Assembly (NCBI GenBank): GCA_028534125.1
Contig: CM052816.1
Location: 50,098,001-50,162,000, forward strand
Origin: Lama glama
Lineage: Eukaryota
Direction: 5' to 3'
DNA: 64,000 nt
In this document: piece after piece, positions 27,305 through 40,160 of the stretch
Layout of the letters: every line of letters starts with the position of its first letter
Position numbering within the stretch: the stretch's first letter is position 1
Translations under genes and position numbers: made by a program
The notes under the pieces: generated by a model
The model's database searches: none
Told to the model about the DNA's origin: nothing
The model's input: the letters and a program-made list of their open reading frames with translations, nothing else

Positions 27305-30300
27305 TTAAAGAGTAGCAAATTGTAAGAGCGACTCCAGCATCGTATCACAATCAAATTACAGCGGACTCAGCCATTTCTGTTGAACCATCTAGCTGAAATA
27401 ATTTTGGTGGTAAGGAAAAAGATTTTTCACACTCTGAGTGGAAAACACATGTATCTCAAAGTCTCTCTTCAACAAATATTTTTTTTTGCCTTTGGCAATG
27501 AGACGTATCTGAGGAATTTTGTGCTACTTATCCTAGTTTTCTAAATATATAATCAACACTCAATTTAAGAAATTTAACCACATCATTAGTATTAATTATA
27601 ATAGCATTAATGGAAGTGGAACTAGAGGAAAAAAAAATCATAATCTCATCACTCTAATCTATTATGCTTTCTTCCGGACCTAAAGTGCACATATAATTGT
27701 ATGTACTTGTAAGCACAGTGCAATAAAATGTTTATTCCTTCTTTAATATTTTATTACTATAAAGTACCTTTCTTTGTCTTATTTAATGTAATTGTTTTCA
27801 TCAAAATTCATTTACTGGGTTAAAACAATTGACATATTTGCTTGATTTAGTTTTTCTATTTGCCCAATATGCCTATACCCATCATTTTATAAAAATTCAA
27901 TCTTCTGTGTAATTCTGTTTTAGCTATGATTCCTCTGTGCACCATCCAGTTGTGTTTTGCTTTGTGATCTAATCTGGAAGTTGTTTTCTCTTAGGAACAT
28001 TGATCACATGTATGCATATTGACATACAAGCTAATGCCTTAAAAACATCTTACTATAAATATATGTTTGCTTTCCTTTATGTAATGTATGTTCAGATAGT
28101 TAAAAGGAATTTTATTGATCTGATGTTTTTCTACTGGTTTCCTTAACATCTATATCTTTAATGGTACCTCTTGATTCCCCAGATTGAGCAATAATATATA
28201 ATCCGAAAAGTCTTTCGTCTTCCATCACAGTCATTTATTTAGCACCTGCAATGGATGATGCCCTCTTCCAGGTACTGTGTCTGCATTATCTCTTATAATA
28301 ATTCAGCAAGACTTGGAGTAATGTGGACCTTAGAACTGTTAAACACTCAAGACTCATATGTATACATTCAACTTTTTCTTACCTTAAAATTTGTCTCTAT
28401 ATCACCAATAATTATATTAAAAAACACGGTCCCTATGCCTATTCAAAAATAACAAACTTTGGTGAGATGAAAATAACACTGGACTATAAACAAGAGAGCA
28501 GTTTCCTAGCCTCCAGCCTCCTCTTAACTAGAATGGGATAAGGGTCAGTTTTGTTCAGTGTCTTTCTGGCTCTACTTGAGTATCACTTTCCCGATATGTT
28601 TGGCCTACTGTCATGTATTGCATCACATCTAATACTGGCCAGACTGGTGGAGACAAACTTCCTTCATATGGAAGAAATACAGATTCAGATTTAGGTGACA
28701 ATGGCTAAGGTGACTATTTCTTCTGCCCCTACAGATCTATTAGTCTTTTCTTGAATTAAAGTTAAAATAAATCTGTGGTTACAACAATGAGTTAAGAGAT
28801 TTTATTTGAAAAAGATAAAGTCAGAGAAGAAAGAACGGTACATAAGAGTTAAGGCAACTGTTTCGCATTCAGAGGAAGCCAAAAAATGGTCCTGCTAGTT
28901 ATTCCCACCAGCATCATGGCTATTTTTATGTCTTTTTAAAAAGGTATGATAAATATACTAGAGAATCTCTCCAATTTTTCTTTCTTCTCAGAAAAAAATG
29001 TGGTTTTTAAAACTTTAAAATATGATTAAAAAGCTAGATCTTTGATAAAATAACTTTTAAGAAGACCTAAAGTTTGAAAACCTCAGGATTAAGAGACCTT
29101 CTATTTTTCCTTCAGTCTCTTTGCTTAGCTCTGCTTTGAAATACACCTCAATTACGTCAACATTAAGATAGGAGATGAGGTTCCTGCTGGTAAAAAAAGA
29201 GGCCTTGAGAAGTAATAAAATTGCAAAGAACCAAGGGAAGTTTAATAAAGATTCCCCCTGCAAACACAGAATGCTGGGTGTTTTCATTTCTCTGGTGGGA
29301 ATCCAGAAATTATATGGACTTAAATCCAACTCTAGTGGCCTGAATGGTACCACTGAGTCAACCCCCTAGATGGCCCTGGGAAGGATGCTCAGAGGATCAC
29401 TGTCACCAAAGCATTCTTTGATTGGCAGGTTTCCCTGCAACCAGGAAGTGACATTTGTTCTGAACTGGGTTTCTAATTCTTTATTTTCCTTTTCCTTGCT
29501 TATTTCCCTTTCCTTATCATCTCACCCTCCACCCACCAAGCCTTTGTTTCTTCTTTCTTTCTTTCTTTCTTTTTTTTTTGCTACTCTCCCTTAGCAGATA
29601 ATAGAAGAGGAACTGGAGCAACAAAGCAGATATAAAAGTCACGTTCAGCCTGCTGCTGCTGTATAACCAAGCTGTCTTTAACAGATGAATTAAAGCAGGA
29701 TAAAAATTAAAATTAAATTAAAATAATAAACAAAAGAATAGGAATCCCTTAAAACTAACAAAGATCTACATTTGGTAGTTTTTATGATGAAGGATTCCAG
29801 AGAGCCTCAGATACTTAATCTGGATTTTGGAGCGCAACACTTTATAGCCTACTTTCTAACTAACCTCTTATGGGAAGCCAGGTGGAAAATTATCTAGAAT
29901 CCCAACACCATGTGCAAACAGTGCAGTGCTCTCCCTTCCCTGTCTCTACCACACCGCCCATCATCAAATGCCCTTGCTTCATTTTTCTCTATGGCACTTA
30001 TTACCTTCTAATAGCCTACACACTTTACTTATTTATTGTATTTTTTCCTCCTTAGTAGAGTGTAAGTTCATTGAGGACAGGAATTTGGGTTTCTTTTGTT
30101 TACTCCCATATCCTCAGTGCCAGGAGCTATGTCTTGCCCATCCTGGTGTTGTTTAATAATTAATTTGATACTTAGAAATAATGAACCACAGAGTTCCCTG
30201 CATTCTTCCCTTTCCACACCCATTCTGATCGAGGATGTTGCTTGCTGTTGGCAAACAGTAAACAAGACAGACGATCACAGGCAAAGTCAGTAGAAGTAAA

Positions 30301-30329
30301 TAATTGTTCTGGAAAACAGTTGGCAATAC

Positions 30330-30471
30330 ATATCATACACAAAGAACTGTATTCAATAGCTTGTAATAACCTATCATGAAAAAGAATATATACACACACG
30401 CATGTGAATCACTCCAGAAACTAATACAACACTGTAAATCAATTATACTTCCACTGAAAAAAAAAAAAAAA
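30330..30471 (+). mobile_element. Short LINE-1 3' end with poly(A), within an older L1-like fragment (~30290-30920)
   Basis: gaactgtattcaatagcttgtaataacctat...tgtaaatcaattatacttc followed by a ~14-nt A tract. Confidence 0.7.
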
Positions 30472-33129
30472 GAATCTCTCCCTTGGACCTCATAATTCCA
30501 CTTCTAAAATGCATCCTAAAAAATAATCAGAAATGTGAACATTTTCTGTAAACTATTATTTATACTAGTAGTAACTGGGAAAAAATCTATCCAGCAAACA
30601 TATTCAATAAATTATGATATAGCTAGACAAATGGAACATTATATAATCATTAAATATCTTATATGTAAAGACTATAAAAGGAGATGGGAAGTACTTAAAA
30701 ATGTTAAGTTAAAATAAAAAGCAAAATACTATACATACTCAGATGCAGCTCTGTGTGTATGTGTGTATGCAAAAGGCCAAAAGGAAATGCAGTAAAATAT
30801 TATAAAATTTATATCTGAGTGATATGAGAAGTAGTATTTCATTCTATATATTCTTACATATTTTCCAGCTTCCCTAGAGTGAGCATGAGTTATTTTTCTA
30901 GTCAGTAAAAATGAACATTATAAAATGATCTATGAGGCGATCAGAAAGAAGTTACCAATTTCTTAGCTAACCCTTTTTTAATGCTACGTCAACAAACATC
31001 ACTATAAGCCATCAAAGTCCCTCGACCGCCGTGTTTTTTGCAGCTGACATTTCCTCCTATTCTGAACAATAACCATCTCATTTTCACACTGAAATGAGAT
31101 TCTGATTCCCTGCCACCAAAGTAATTCTCAGGCCTTAAGCTGCCCAGACTCAGACCTCTGCTAAAAGATTTAATTGTTTTGGGTGGGAACTGCATTTGGC
31201 TCCCAACAGTGATTTAAAACCCGTGTTCTGTGTTGTTGCTTGGCAGAACTGTGGCTTAATGGTGCAGGACCACATTTTAGGTCTGTGGTTTTTATAAGAA
31301 TGTCTGATACCCACAGGCATGTCGCACTATTACCTCATATCTGATTGCTCCATTGTGCAGATTTATTTTGGCTAGGATGCTTTGATTTTGTTCCATGTTA
31401 CTGCCAAACTGACTTAGCAAAGGAAACTCCAGTTTTCTGAACAACTTTCTTTGTTTCCTCCTGAATTCTTTACAGCCTTATTTAACATCACTTGCGGGGA
31501 GAAAGAGTATCAAAAATAAATCATTGATTTTAGGTTTAATCATGTAGTTTTTTTCACTAAAGCTAAATGTTAGGACAAGGTCTCTCCTCAGTAAATCAGT
31601 TCTGAGTTATGAGAATATGGTAGAGCCTCTCTCACATAGATGTGTCTCATACATACAGAAATGGAACGAGCAGAGAAAAATTCCCTATTCCCATCTGCAT
31701 TTTCTTTCCTCCTCATTGGGATTATAAGCAAACATCCTGGGTGATCTAGCTCAGATCGATCCTCTTCTGGGGCTGGATAGGCAAACTAAGACTTATTCCA
31801 AAAAGCCAGCCTGGCTTGAGGAGAATTCATTTTAACACTGTTAACAAAAATAAATGCTGATCAGACCTCAGCCTGTTTGTCTGTGTCTCCAAGACTCATG
31901 TTCCCTATTCCAAACCTTGAACTTGGGCTGTATTCCTTAGTGACCAGAATTAGATCAATACTGTGCCCAAAAAGAGAGCTCTGAATTACTTTGCATTTTT
32001 GTTTTCTTCTAATGGCAGAGAAAATTATGACATAAAAGTCAAATAGTTGATGTAGGGGCAAGCCAACTCAGATGCGAACTTTTCTATATGCTCTATAACA
32101 AATGTGCATTTTATTAAGAGGTAACTATTTTATACCTAGTGTGAACTGCTTAATGCTGTACGTTATATGAAAAAGTTACTTTGTTTTTGGAGTTCCAGTT
32201 AAATAATTACCTCTCTGCCTCTGTATGTGTATGTGCCAAAAAAGACAACCATTTCCATTAAATTGGATTTATTACCTTTTGAGTTATTGTTTTCCCTTTC
32301 TTCCCCCCCAATCACATTTAAACAAGTTAGCTGCCAAGGTATAAAATGATTCTAAAAAACCCTGGCCAAAATCCAACAGCTAAGTGCCGTTCTCTTGCAT
32401 GAAAATTGCCTCCACAAACCGAGAGTCCACTTTGAACCAATCCTAACACTGAGAGGACAAACTCAGAGTAGACTGGAGTTATTCAACAAAACCGATCAAA
32501 CTTTGCAAATGCTTAGATTATTTTGTTTCAAATAATCTGTCTTTAATCGTCAAACATTTAATTCTATCTTATATTAATATAAATGTGGAGAAATATCCTG
32601 CAGGTCTTGTGGAGCACACGGGACTTCTCCGCCTGCCAACACTCTCCACTCTCAGCGAGTGACCTCAATTCCACAGATCTAAGAGGGACTAGACTAAGTT
32701 TTCTTAGGCAGATTGGCTGAAGAGTTATTCTCTCCTTCCCAGCTCTTTGCAAGTCTCCAACTTAATTCAGTCAACACACTGGGAGGGAAAAAGTGTATGT
32801 GTGTGTGTGTCTGGGGGTGAGGCGGGTCTCTGCTTTTGTAAGTTATCAGCAACTTACTAAAATCAGACATGGCTTACATCCTTTCAAGGAGAATCTCTGA
32901 TTATATAGTGTCCAGGAGTTCCAACTGTCATTCAGAGATATCAGACGATCTTTTATCTTTAAAATACACACCACCATGATCAATGGCCCTGAAATCTCAG
33001 CAGATAACTAGCATCACAATCATGAACAAAATAAACTGAGGGTAAAACTGTAATGAAAGTAATTGACCTTTTCCTCATGCAGAGATGGATCACTGTCTTT
33101 TTCCTAAGGTTAAAAATGCATTATTTCAT

Positions 33130-33416
33130 AGACCCACAGACACAGAAAACAAACTTATAATTACTAAAAAAGAAAAGAGGGAAGGGATAAATAAGGAGTT
33201 AGGTATACACTTTCATATATAAAATAGGTAAGTAGCAGGAACCTGCTGTATAGCACAGGGAACTATATTCAATATCTTGTCATAACCTATAATGGAAAAG
33301 AATCTGAAAAAGTATAGAGATCTGTATATATATATATATATATATATATAACTGAATCACCATGCTGTACACCTCAAATGAACAAACACTGTAAACCAAC
33401 TATACTTCAATTAAAA
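33130..33416 (+). mobile_element. LINE-1 3' end fragment with internal (TA)n
   Basis: Same L1 3' UTR motifs (tgtatagcacagggaactatattcaatatcttg...aactatacttcaattaaaaa). Confidence 0.85.
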
Positions 33417-34185
33417 AGAGCGATATTCCAGAAATATGCAAGATTTAGAAATGAACCAGGTGCTTTGCTTTGCTTTACAAAAGAAGTTTGTTTGGTTCAG
33501 CTTTGAGCACTACTTTCAGTTCAAGAAAGGAAACAAGACCATCCAGTATTAGTCCATTATTGCTGCGACAGTCATGTCCCAGCTGGTCCTTTACGTGATA
33601 CATACATAAGCAAACTGATTTATGAGGGAATACACAAGGAGCTGGATGGTGAAAAGGAAAGGCTGGGAGAAGGAAGGTTCTTAGACAGGAGAATGATTTA
33701 TTCTTATCCCTGCACGCATCATTCCAAAATAGTATCTGTTTTTCCACATCAAGATTTTTTCTTGTCTTTAAAAGATAATGTCAATTCAAAAATCAAAACT
33801 CTGAAGATAACACGGTCAAGCTTCAACCTCTAGTAGAGAAAGAATTCCCAGAACATGAAAGAGTCTTGTTTTTAAATCCCTTTTATCAGCATCTTAAAAC
33901 TGAGACGTTTTCAAAGAAACTGGCCTTATCAAAGCTTAGGTGATAGCTTCTCCACGATATTTGACCCATTTCAAGTTCTTTTCATTGGGATTCCACCATT
34001 TCTTAACTTGGTCAAACATCTACAAAGATTGATCAATGGGCACTAACTAGTTCTCCTAAAGAGTTAGACACTCTGTTTAGAGTCTCTTGGTTTCTTTCCC
34101 TCTCTACTGAAAATAGAATTTTCACACACTGAATAAAATTACAGTTCATCTTTGTGTGACACCAATGTGAGATTTACTACCATCT

Positions 34186-34208
34186 CACACACACACACAC
34201 ACACACAC
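34186..34208. repeat. (CA)n microsatellite
   Basis: ~11 uninterrupted CA units. Confidence 0.9.
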
Positions 34209-35649
34209 CTACAAACACAGTATTTCTTGGCACCAGGGAAGGATATACATAAGACCTTTACGAACGCCTCTATTCACACAGACCTGTGTAGCAGAAAGGT
34301 TCCCACCTGGAATACAACAGAGAAGATCCAAAATGGTTACGTGGTTGGCAGAACAAACAGCAACAGACCCGGTAAGATGGGAAAACTGCTCTGTCCACTG
34401 GACAGACTTGATAGCTAATCCAATAATTTTTACATGGTAGCCAGCCATTGGGTACAGTTCAAATTTGTGCCTGAGCAAAAAGTTCAAATTACTTCATATG
34501 GTGGCTCTTTAGGGTCTGCCATGAATATCTGAAACTACAAATCTTGAATCTGCATCTGCCAAGGGCCTGGTCTATCCTCTACCTTGTACCCATCCACATA
34601 TTTACTTACAGATTTTCAGCTTAGATTGAGTCACCCTGTATTCCTTAAAATTCCCTAAAACTTAGATGATCTTAAATGGCCAATTAAAGGCTCTATGTTT
34701 TAGAACTATTATGGAATTTGCCAAGTATGTTTAAACAATTAATCACACACATTCCATTGATAAACTCTGTTCCTGACATTTGTCCAGCAAAGCCATTCTA
34801 TGACATAATATATTATTGTAATTGTTGGGAGAATTGTTGGGCTTTGAGCTGTAATTTGGGGTTTTTTCCATGAACTGTCTAGTCACTGCTCTCTGCCTAC
34901 TCTCCCTCCCCTCAAACACTGCTAATTTAATTCACTGAAAAAAATTTTCATAAGAAAACAAAAAATGTCCTCTGGGTTCACATGCCAAAGGAACTAGCCA
35001 AGAAAAACTTTCCACTGCTATTGCTGTGTACAAAGTGAAGATACGGGAAAGATTGGTCCTAATATTTGCCTCAGTTGCTAGGATTTTACTAATCATGTGA
35101 TTCCGCGTGTTAGCCTCATACTGTATTGAGAAAATCATCTCATTTCATATTTAATTTTCAGGTTAAGAATGTAATGCAATTCATACTAGAATTTAAAAAC
35201 ACAGAGCTATAGGGACTTAATTCACAGAGAATATTATACCTGCAGAGAGACCCAAGTGGAGCTCTGGGGATGTGAAGTTCTGAAACGCAAAATACTATAT
35301 GGCCACTAGGTGGTGATGGCCATCCATTGTTACATTTTGAGTTACCCAAATCACTGTTAACAAAACAGAATTTAAGACTACCCCCTAAAATCATGATTAT
35401 TTACTCCATATGGAAAAAAATAAAAATAAAAATAAAGGATTGTCTGGGATATATCCTCTTAGTTTTGTAAGGAAAAGTAAGAGGAGAACACTTTGCTACA
35501 AGACGGACCTCAGCTAAACAGTATTTACCAATCTCATTACATCTTATTCTGCTACAGGCCAATGCAGCTATAATCTGAATTTTCTACTTGACTAAAACAT
35601 TCAGATACAATACTTTATTTTTCTCCATCTTGCCTTTTAAAACTATCAG

Positions 35650-35840
35650 GTCGGGGCAGGGTAGAGCTCAGTGGTAGAGTCCGTGCTTAGCATGCACGAG
35701 GTCCTGGGTTCAATCCTCAGAACCTCCATTACAATAAATAAATACATCTAATTATTTATACCCCACCCAAAATAAAATTTTAAAAAAAGATAAAAATTTC
35801 AACCAGTCCTCAAAAAAAGTGATACATTTAAAAAAATAAA
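35650..35840 (+). mobile_element. tRNA-derived SINE, Vic-1-like (camelid)
   Basis: Box A (AGCTCAGTGGTAGAG), box B (GGTTCAATCC), A-rich tail; degenerate TSD aaaactatcag / aaaatgatcag. Confidence 0.8.
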
Positions 35841-38800
35841 TAAAATGATCAGATGATTTACAATAATGGTGAAATTGCATTGGAAGCAAAGCCAAATCTG
35901 TAATATTCACCTAAAATCCTTAGAATGGGACAGATCATAAATAAACACCTATGCACACAAATTAATGCCTGCATGTGATTTAGTTTGTTTTTATGCAGAT
36001 TAGCTAAAAAACATGCCACCTGTAGTAAAAGCTCACTCTTCTGTGTTCAAACTCCTCTGATCACCTGGGACTCACAGCTCCACTGCCATCCTCCCACAGC
36101 CACAAATAGCACCCACGTGCAGTTGATGCCAAGTGTAAGCAGATAACCACCAAAAGATAAACGTAAACTCCAAACAGCGAACACGGTCCCAGGAGGACTG
36201 CTTAGCCTTTTGAAACATACGCTGATAAGAAACCACCTTTGCACTAAATAAAGAACTCAGAATAGCCACTCTGGGTTACCCCTCGCCTTTTAGAACACAG
36301 GTCAAACGGTTATCTGCCAGGAGCCTAGGAGAACTACTTATTACAGAAGTCAAAACATTTGGTAACTTTAAAATGCCTTTTTCCCCCTAAATGGCTGTGG
36401 TCACAATAGGCATTTGTTTCAGTCTGTGGAGGGTTATATTTAATTTTGTTTTATTTAACTTGTTGGGGCAAATGACCTCCCTGCGAGGTAGAGATATAGC
36501 CTCCTCTGATCCTTGTACTTGCTTAAGGTTGCTCTGGTCTGAGTCCTTGTTTATTTATGTTTTGAAGGAGGTTATGGTTTTGCTGTTGTCTTTTAGCTGA
36601 GCAACCAAAAGGAAAAGAGCAGCTTTGTTTTCAAGGAGAAAGAGACATTTGTTTTGGTGTCACTGCCCTAGGCTGGCAGCCTGGAGTTGGATCCTACAAA
36701 CGTGAAAACGCCGAAAGGAAGAAAAACTAACTTGAGGTCTCCTGATAGTTGTTAAAGTGGCAATATGCCCATTATTTTCCTAGCTGGCAAATCTCCGTGC
36801 GGGAGAGACAATCTGTCGGCTCTGGAGCACAGCACAAATCTTGTGTAATAGCGTGAGCTCACTGCCCTACAAAGTAGTAATTATCAACAGTGGTTTCCAA
36901 AGACTGTGAGTTCCTCCCACCATGAGACTACTTGGAGACGGGCCCCAGGCATGGCCCCACCAAGCCACTTGCATTTAATCCCCACCATGAACAGTGCTAG
37001 TGGGTTCCTTCACCCCAAGTCTGTTTGTACAGGTCTTTGGTCAGGAAGCGTTAACAATCCAAATGCAATGTGAAACTGCCAAACCCATTCAATAGTTTTT
37101 TGGCCTTTTCCATGGTTATGCATTGCCTTCAACTAATTAGCAATTACATTTAAATAACCATGTGCAATTTTAAAGTTTCATAGCGCACTGTTGGAAAAAC
37201 ATCTGTGAGAAGGAGCTACTGCATTGATACATTCTTCTTTTTTTAAGGAGAATCTTGTCCATTGTGATTACTCTATGACTCAGTATATTTCACATGTAGA
37301 ACCAGAAGAACCAGGTCTTGGTTTCCAATCAAATGGAACTGCAACACAAGTAAAAATTTTCACTGGGAGCTCAGTGGTCTTTCAGAAAAGAAACTGAGAA
37401 TTTTGCTCGTGAATAGTGTGTTAAAGGATATAGGGAAACAGCATATGTTTTCCTTGGCTTTTAGGTGAATCTAATGAAGACTGTGAGGTTTAACATAATT
37501 AAATTAATGTTGATATGCAGTGTGACTGCTCCACAGAGAAGTGGCTTTTGACTTGGAGCTGAAACCACACCACAGCCAAGGTATATCTATCAGCAAACAC
37601 TTTACAAAAAGTCTTTTAAGATTTTCAGGGAAAAAAGGTAAAACTTGAGTTTTTGGTTTGGTGTTTTGTTTTGCATCGTTGATTTCTGCCAAATCATTCA
37701 CAATCCCTTCAAACCTACAAACCTACAAACCAGCTTAGAAAACACAGGGGATTAGTTAATGCTCCTGACTCTCTTTTCAACGTCCAAGACATCTGGGAGA
37801 GGGAGGAGGATACGAAGCTTTGTGTTTAGAAAAGGGTGATAATGATACATTCCTGCAGAAGAAAGGATAACAGTTTATAGTCTTCGATTTTTTACTCCTT
37901 TTCTTTGACCCTTTTAAGTGTCTCTTCCTGGGTTAAGGGCTATTTCTTTACTGTTTCCACCTTTTTAAAAGCTGTGTTTTCTCACAATACTTTGCTTGAC
38001 ACACTGATGTGTTGATTAGGAAGGAAGCAAAGGGGGCTCTGGATTTAAAGTCAAATCCACAACCAGTTTGGCTATTTTCCTGCATCAACTCGGCATCCAA
38101 ACCAGGAGAACAAGCGGGCGTCCGAAATTCTAGGAAGCTAGTTTGCCAATGCTCGACCACGCTTACCAAAACGAGAAAAAACTGAAAAATTCAGGTATCT
38201 TCCAGAAATGCTTTGTTCAAGCAGGATTTTTTTTATGCACAAAAGGCTATCAGTTAGCCTTTTGTAATCTATATGATTACTATCAAGGGGCAAGATGAGT
38301 TGTTCGACTTGGAAAATAGGACATTTATGGGTCTGTGAATTAGTAACTTGTTTGAGAACTTCCTAACTAGGTCTAAACAAGGGCAGAGGAAAGGATGTCT
38401 GTTTGTCTTCTCTAAAGAGGACACTAGAGAGTAAGAAGGAGGCCGTGACTACTTCCCAGGAAGCTGACAAGTCAGCAGGCTGGCACAGGGTGACACCGAA
38501 GGCTGACAAAATAGAGGTGACAGAAAGAAAATGCGAGAGAGACATAGAAACTGCTTTTTTAAATGTATAAGGATAAAGTCAAGGGTTTTTTCTTTTTTCT
38601 GAAAAAATCAAACTTTCCTAAAGCTCCTCAACATTTTTCAAAGGGAACTGGATTGTCAGTTCTATTCAATCCTCAGCCTCTGGACAGCACAACCTAAGGT
38701 GACATTTTCCTCTGAAGTAACTGCATCTGTTCCACTGAAACATCCGGTCCCCAGTGTGAGGGGTAAGCTCTGACAGGGCTGCAGGAACTCACTAAAGAGA

Positions 38801-39714
38801 AGACAGGAAAGCGCAATGCAGACCACAGGAGAAGTCCCCCTGTGAGAATTTTATCCCTAGGGGACAGGGGGAGAAGGGCGCAAGACAGTAACAGCTTGAA
38901 ATCTCTGAGGTCTACAGTGGTTGGGAGGCGTGTTACAAAAAGCAGAGTGATTAAGACGCCTAAGTGTTTCCACCATCTTCTGGACTGTGCTGTCTGCGGA
39001 CAAGCTGTAGTCTGTAGTTGAAAAGAAAGTTGTGAAATGATTTTGCAGGATGTACATAAGTGGAGAAACATGAATGATTCCATAGTGTTCCCTGATGTCT
39101 GGCTCCCTCCGTGCTAGAAAGAACAGACGCAGATAGTGGATGAATAAAGGAAGCCCTGCCCAACCTTAGGCAACCAAGGCGTCCTTGCTCACGTGAGCTA
39201 TAAAGAAATGAAAGGAGCATATAACATTCAGGAGTGAGATTTCCTTTTGCTGGTTTCACTACATTTTGGATTTGGATAATAAGGTTTTTTAAAGTCAAAG
39301 TTTTTAGTAATTGTCAGTTTCCTAAGGCTGAAAGGGAAATCTGCCCTGCTATAATTCAAACCTGTGAAAAGTTTGCTTGCCATGTCTTCTTCCCCAAGCT
39401 TATGTATTCTTGGGACAACTGGGGACAAAACTGTCATCATTTCTAGCAAGTACATCTATTTTCCTTTGGGTTAATAACTTTTGTAAGCTGCATTATGCTC
39501 AGCTACATAATTCTGTTCCTCAGAAACATTTCTTTTCATCATATTTGTAATACCACCTGTTATGTTTTACTGTTTTCCATACTTATACAACTTTAAACAA
39601 AATAATTAATTTAGATAAACAAGAATCAGCATAGAGATTCAGCCAAAAGACTTCACTGGTCATTTCAGGATTCAAAAAATAACAGAGTGAGTTGGCTGAG
39701 CACTGTATAAGTAT

Positions 39715-40160
39715 TGATGATCATTCAAATACCTATTTTTGTCAACCACTCTGCCAAGTGCTGAAAAAATAGAGATGAAAGTTAGTCCCTGTCTCAGAAG
39801 GCTCAGTGTCAGGAAATGAGTGCCGCAGGGGTCAGTGGTAGGGTGGGAAGAAGGCACAAAGGGCTCCTGGAACACAGAGGATGAGCTCTCAGTCATACAT
39901 GCTAGGAAGTCTTCCTGGAAGGAGACTCTTGGTTAAGCAAGGTATTGGAACATTTATCAGATGAAATTAGGGCAAGAGGTGAGAACATTCTAAGCACAAG
40001 GGCAAGAGGATACAAAGACCCACAGGAGTGAGATGTCATGGAACTTATTCCAGGAACCATAGTATTTTGAGATGAGACAGCTCAGGAAGTGGAAGATGGA
40101 GCCGGTGGGCTCGGTATGCTTTGCTAATAATGACCAAATTTTATACCAAAGGCAAGAGGA
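39715..40160 (-). mobile_element. LINE-2 fragment
   Basis: tcattcaaatacctattt...gccaagtgctg...gtccctgtctcagaaggctcag...ggaagtcttcctggaagg. Confidence 0.6.

Noticed and set aside
35653..35726. tRNA gene (also 55986-56060)
   Set aside because: Box A/B are present, but the cloverleaf is degenerate and followed by a SINE body, A-rich tail and TSD.
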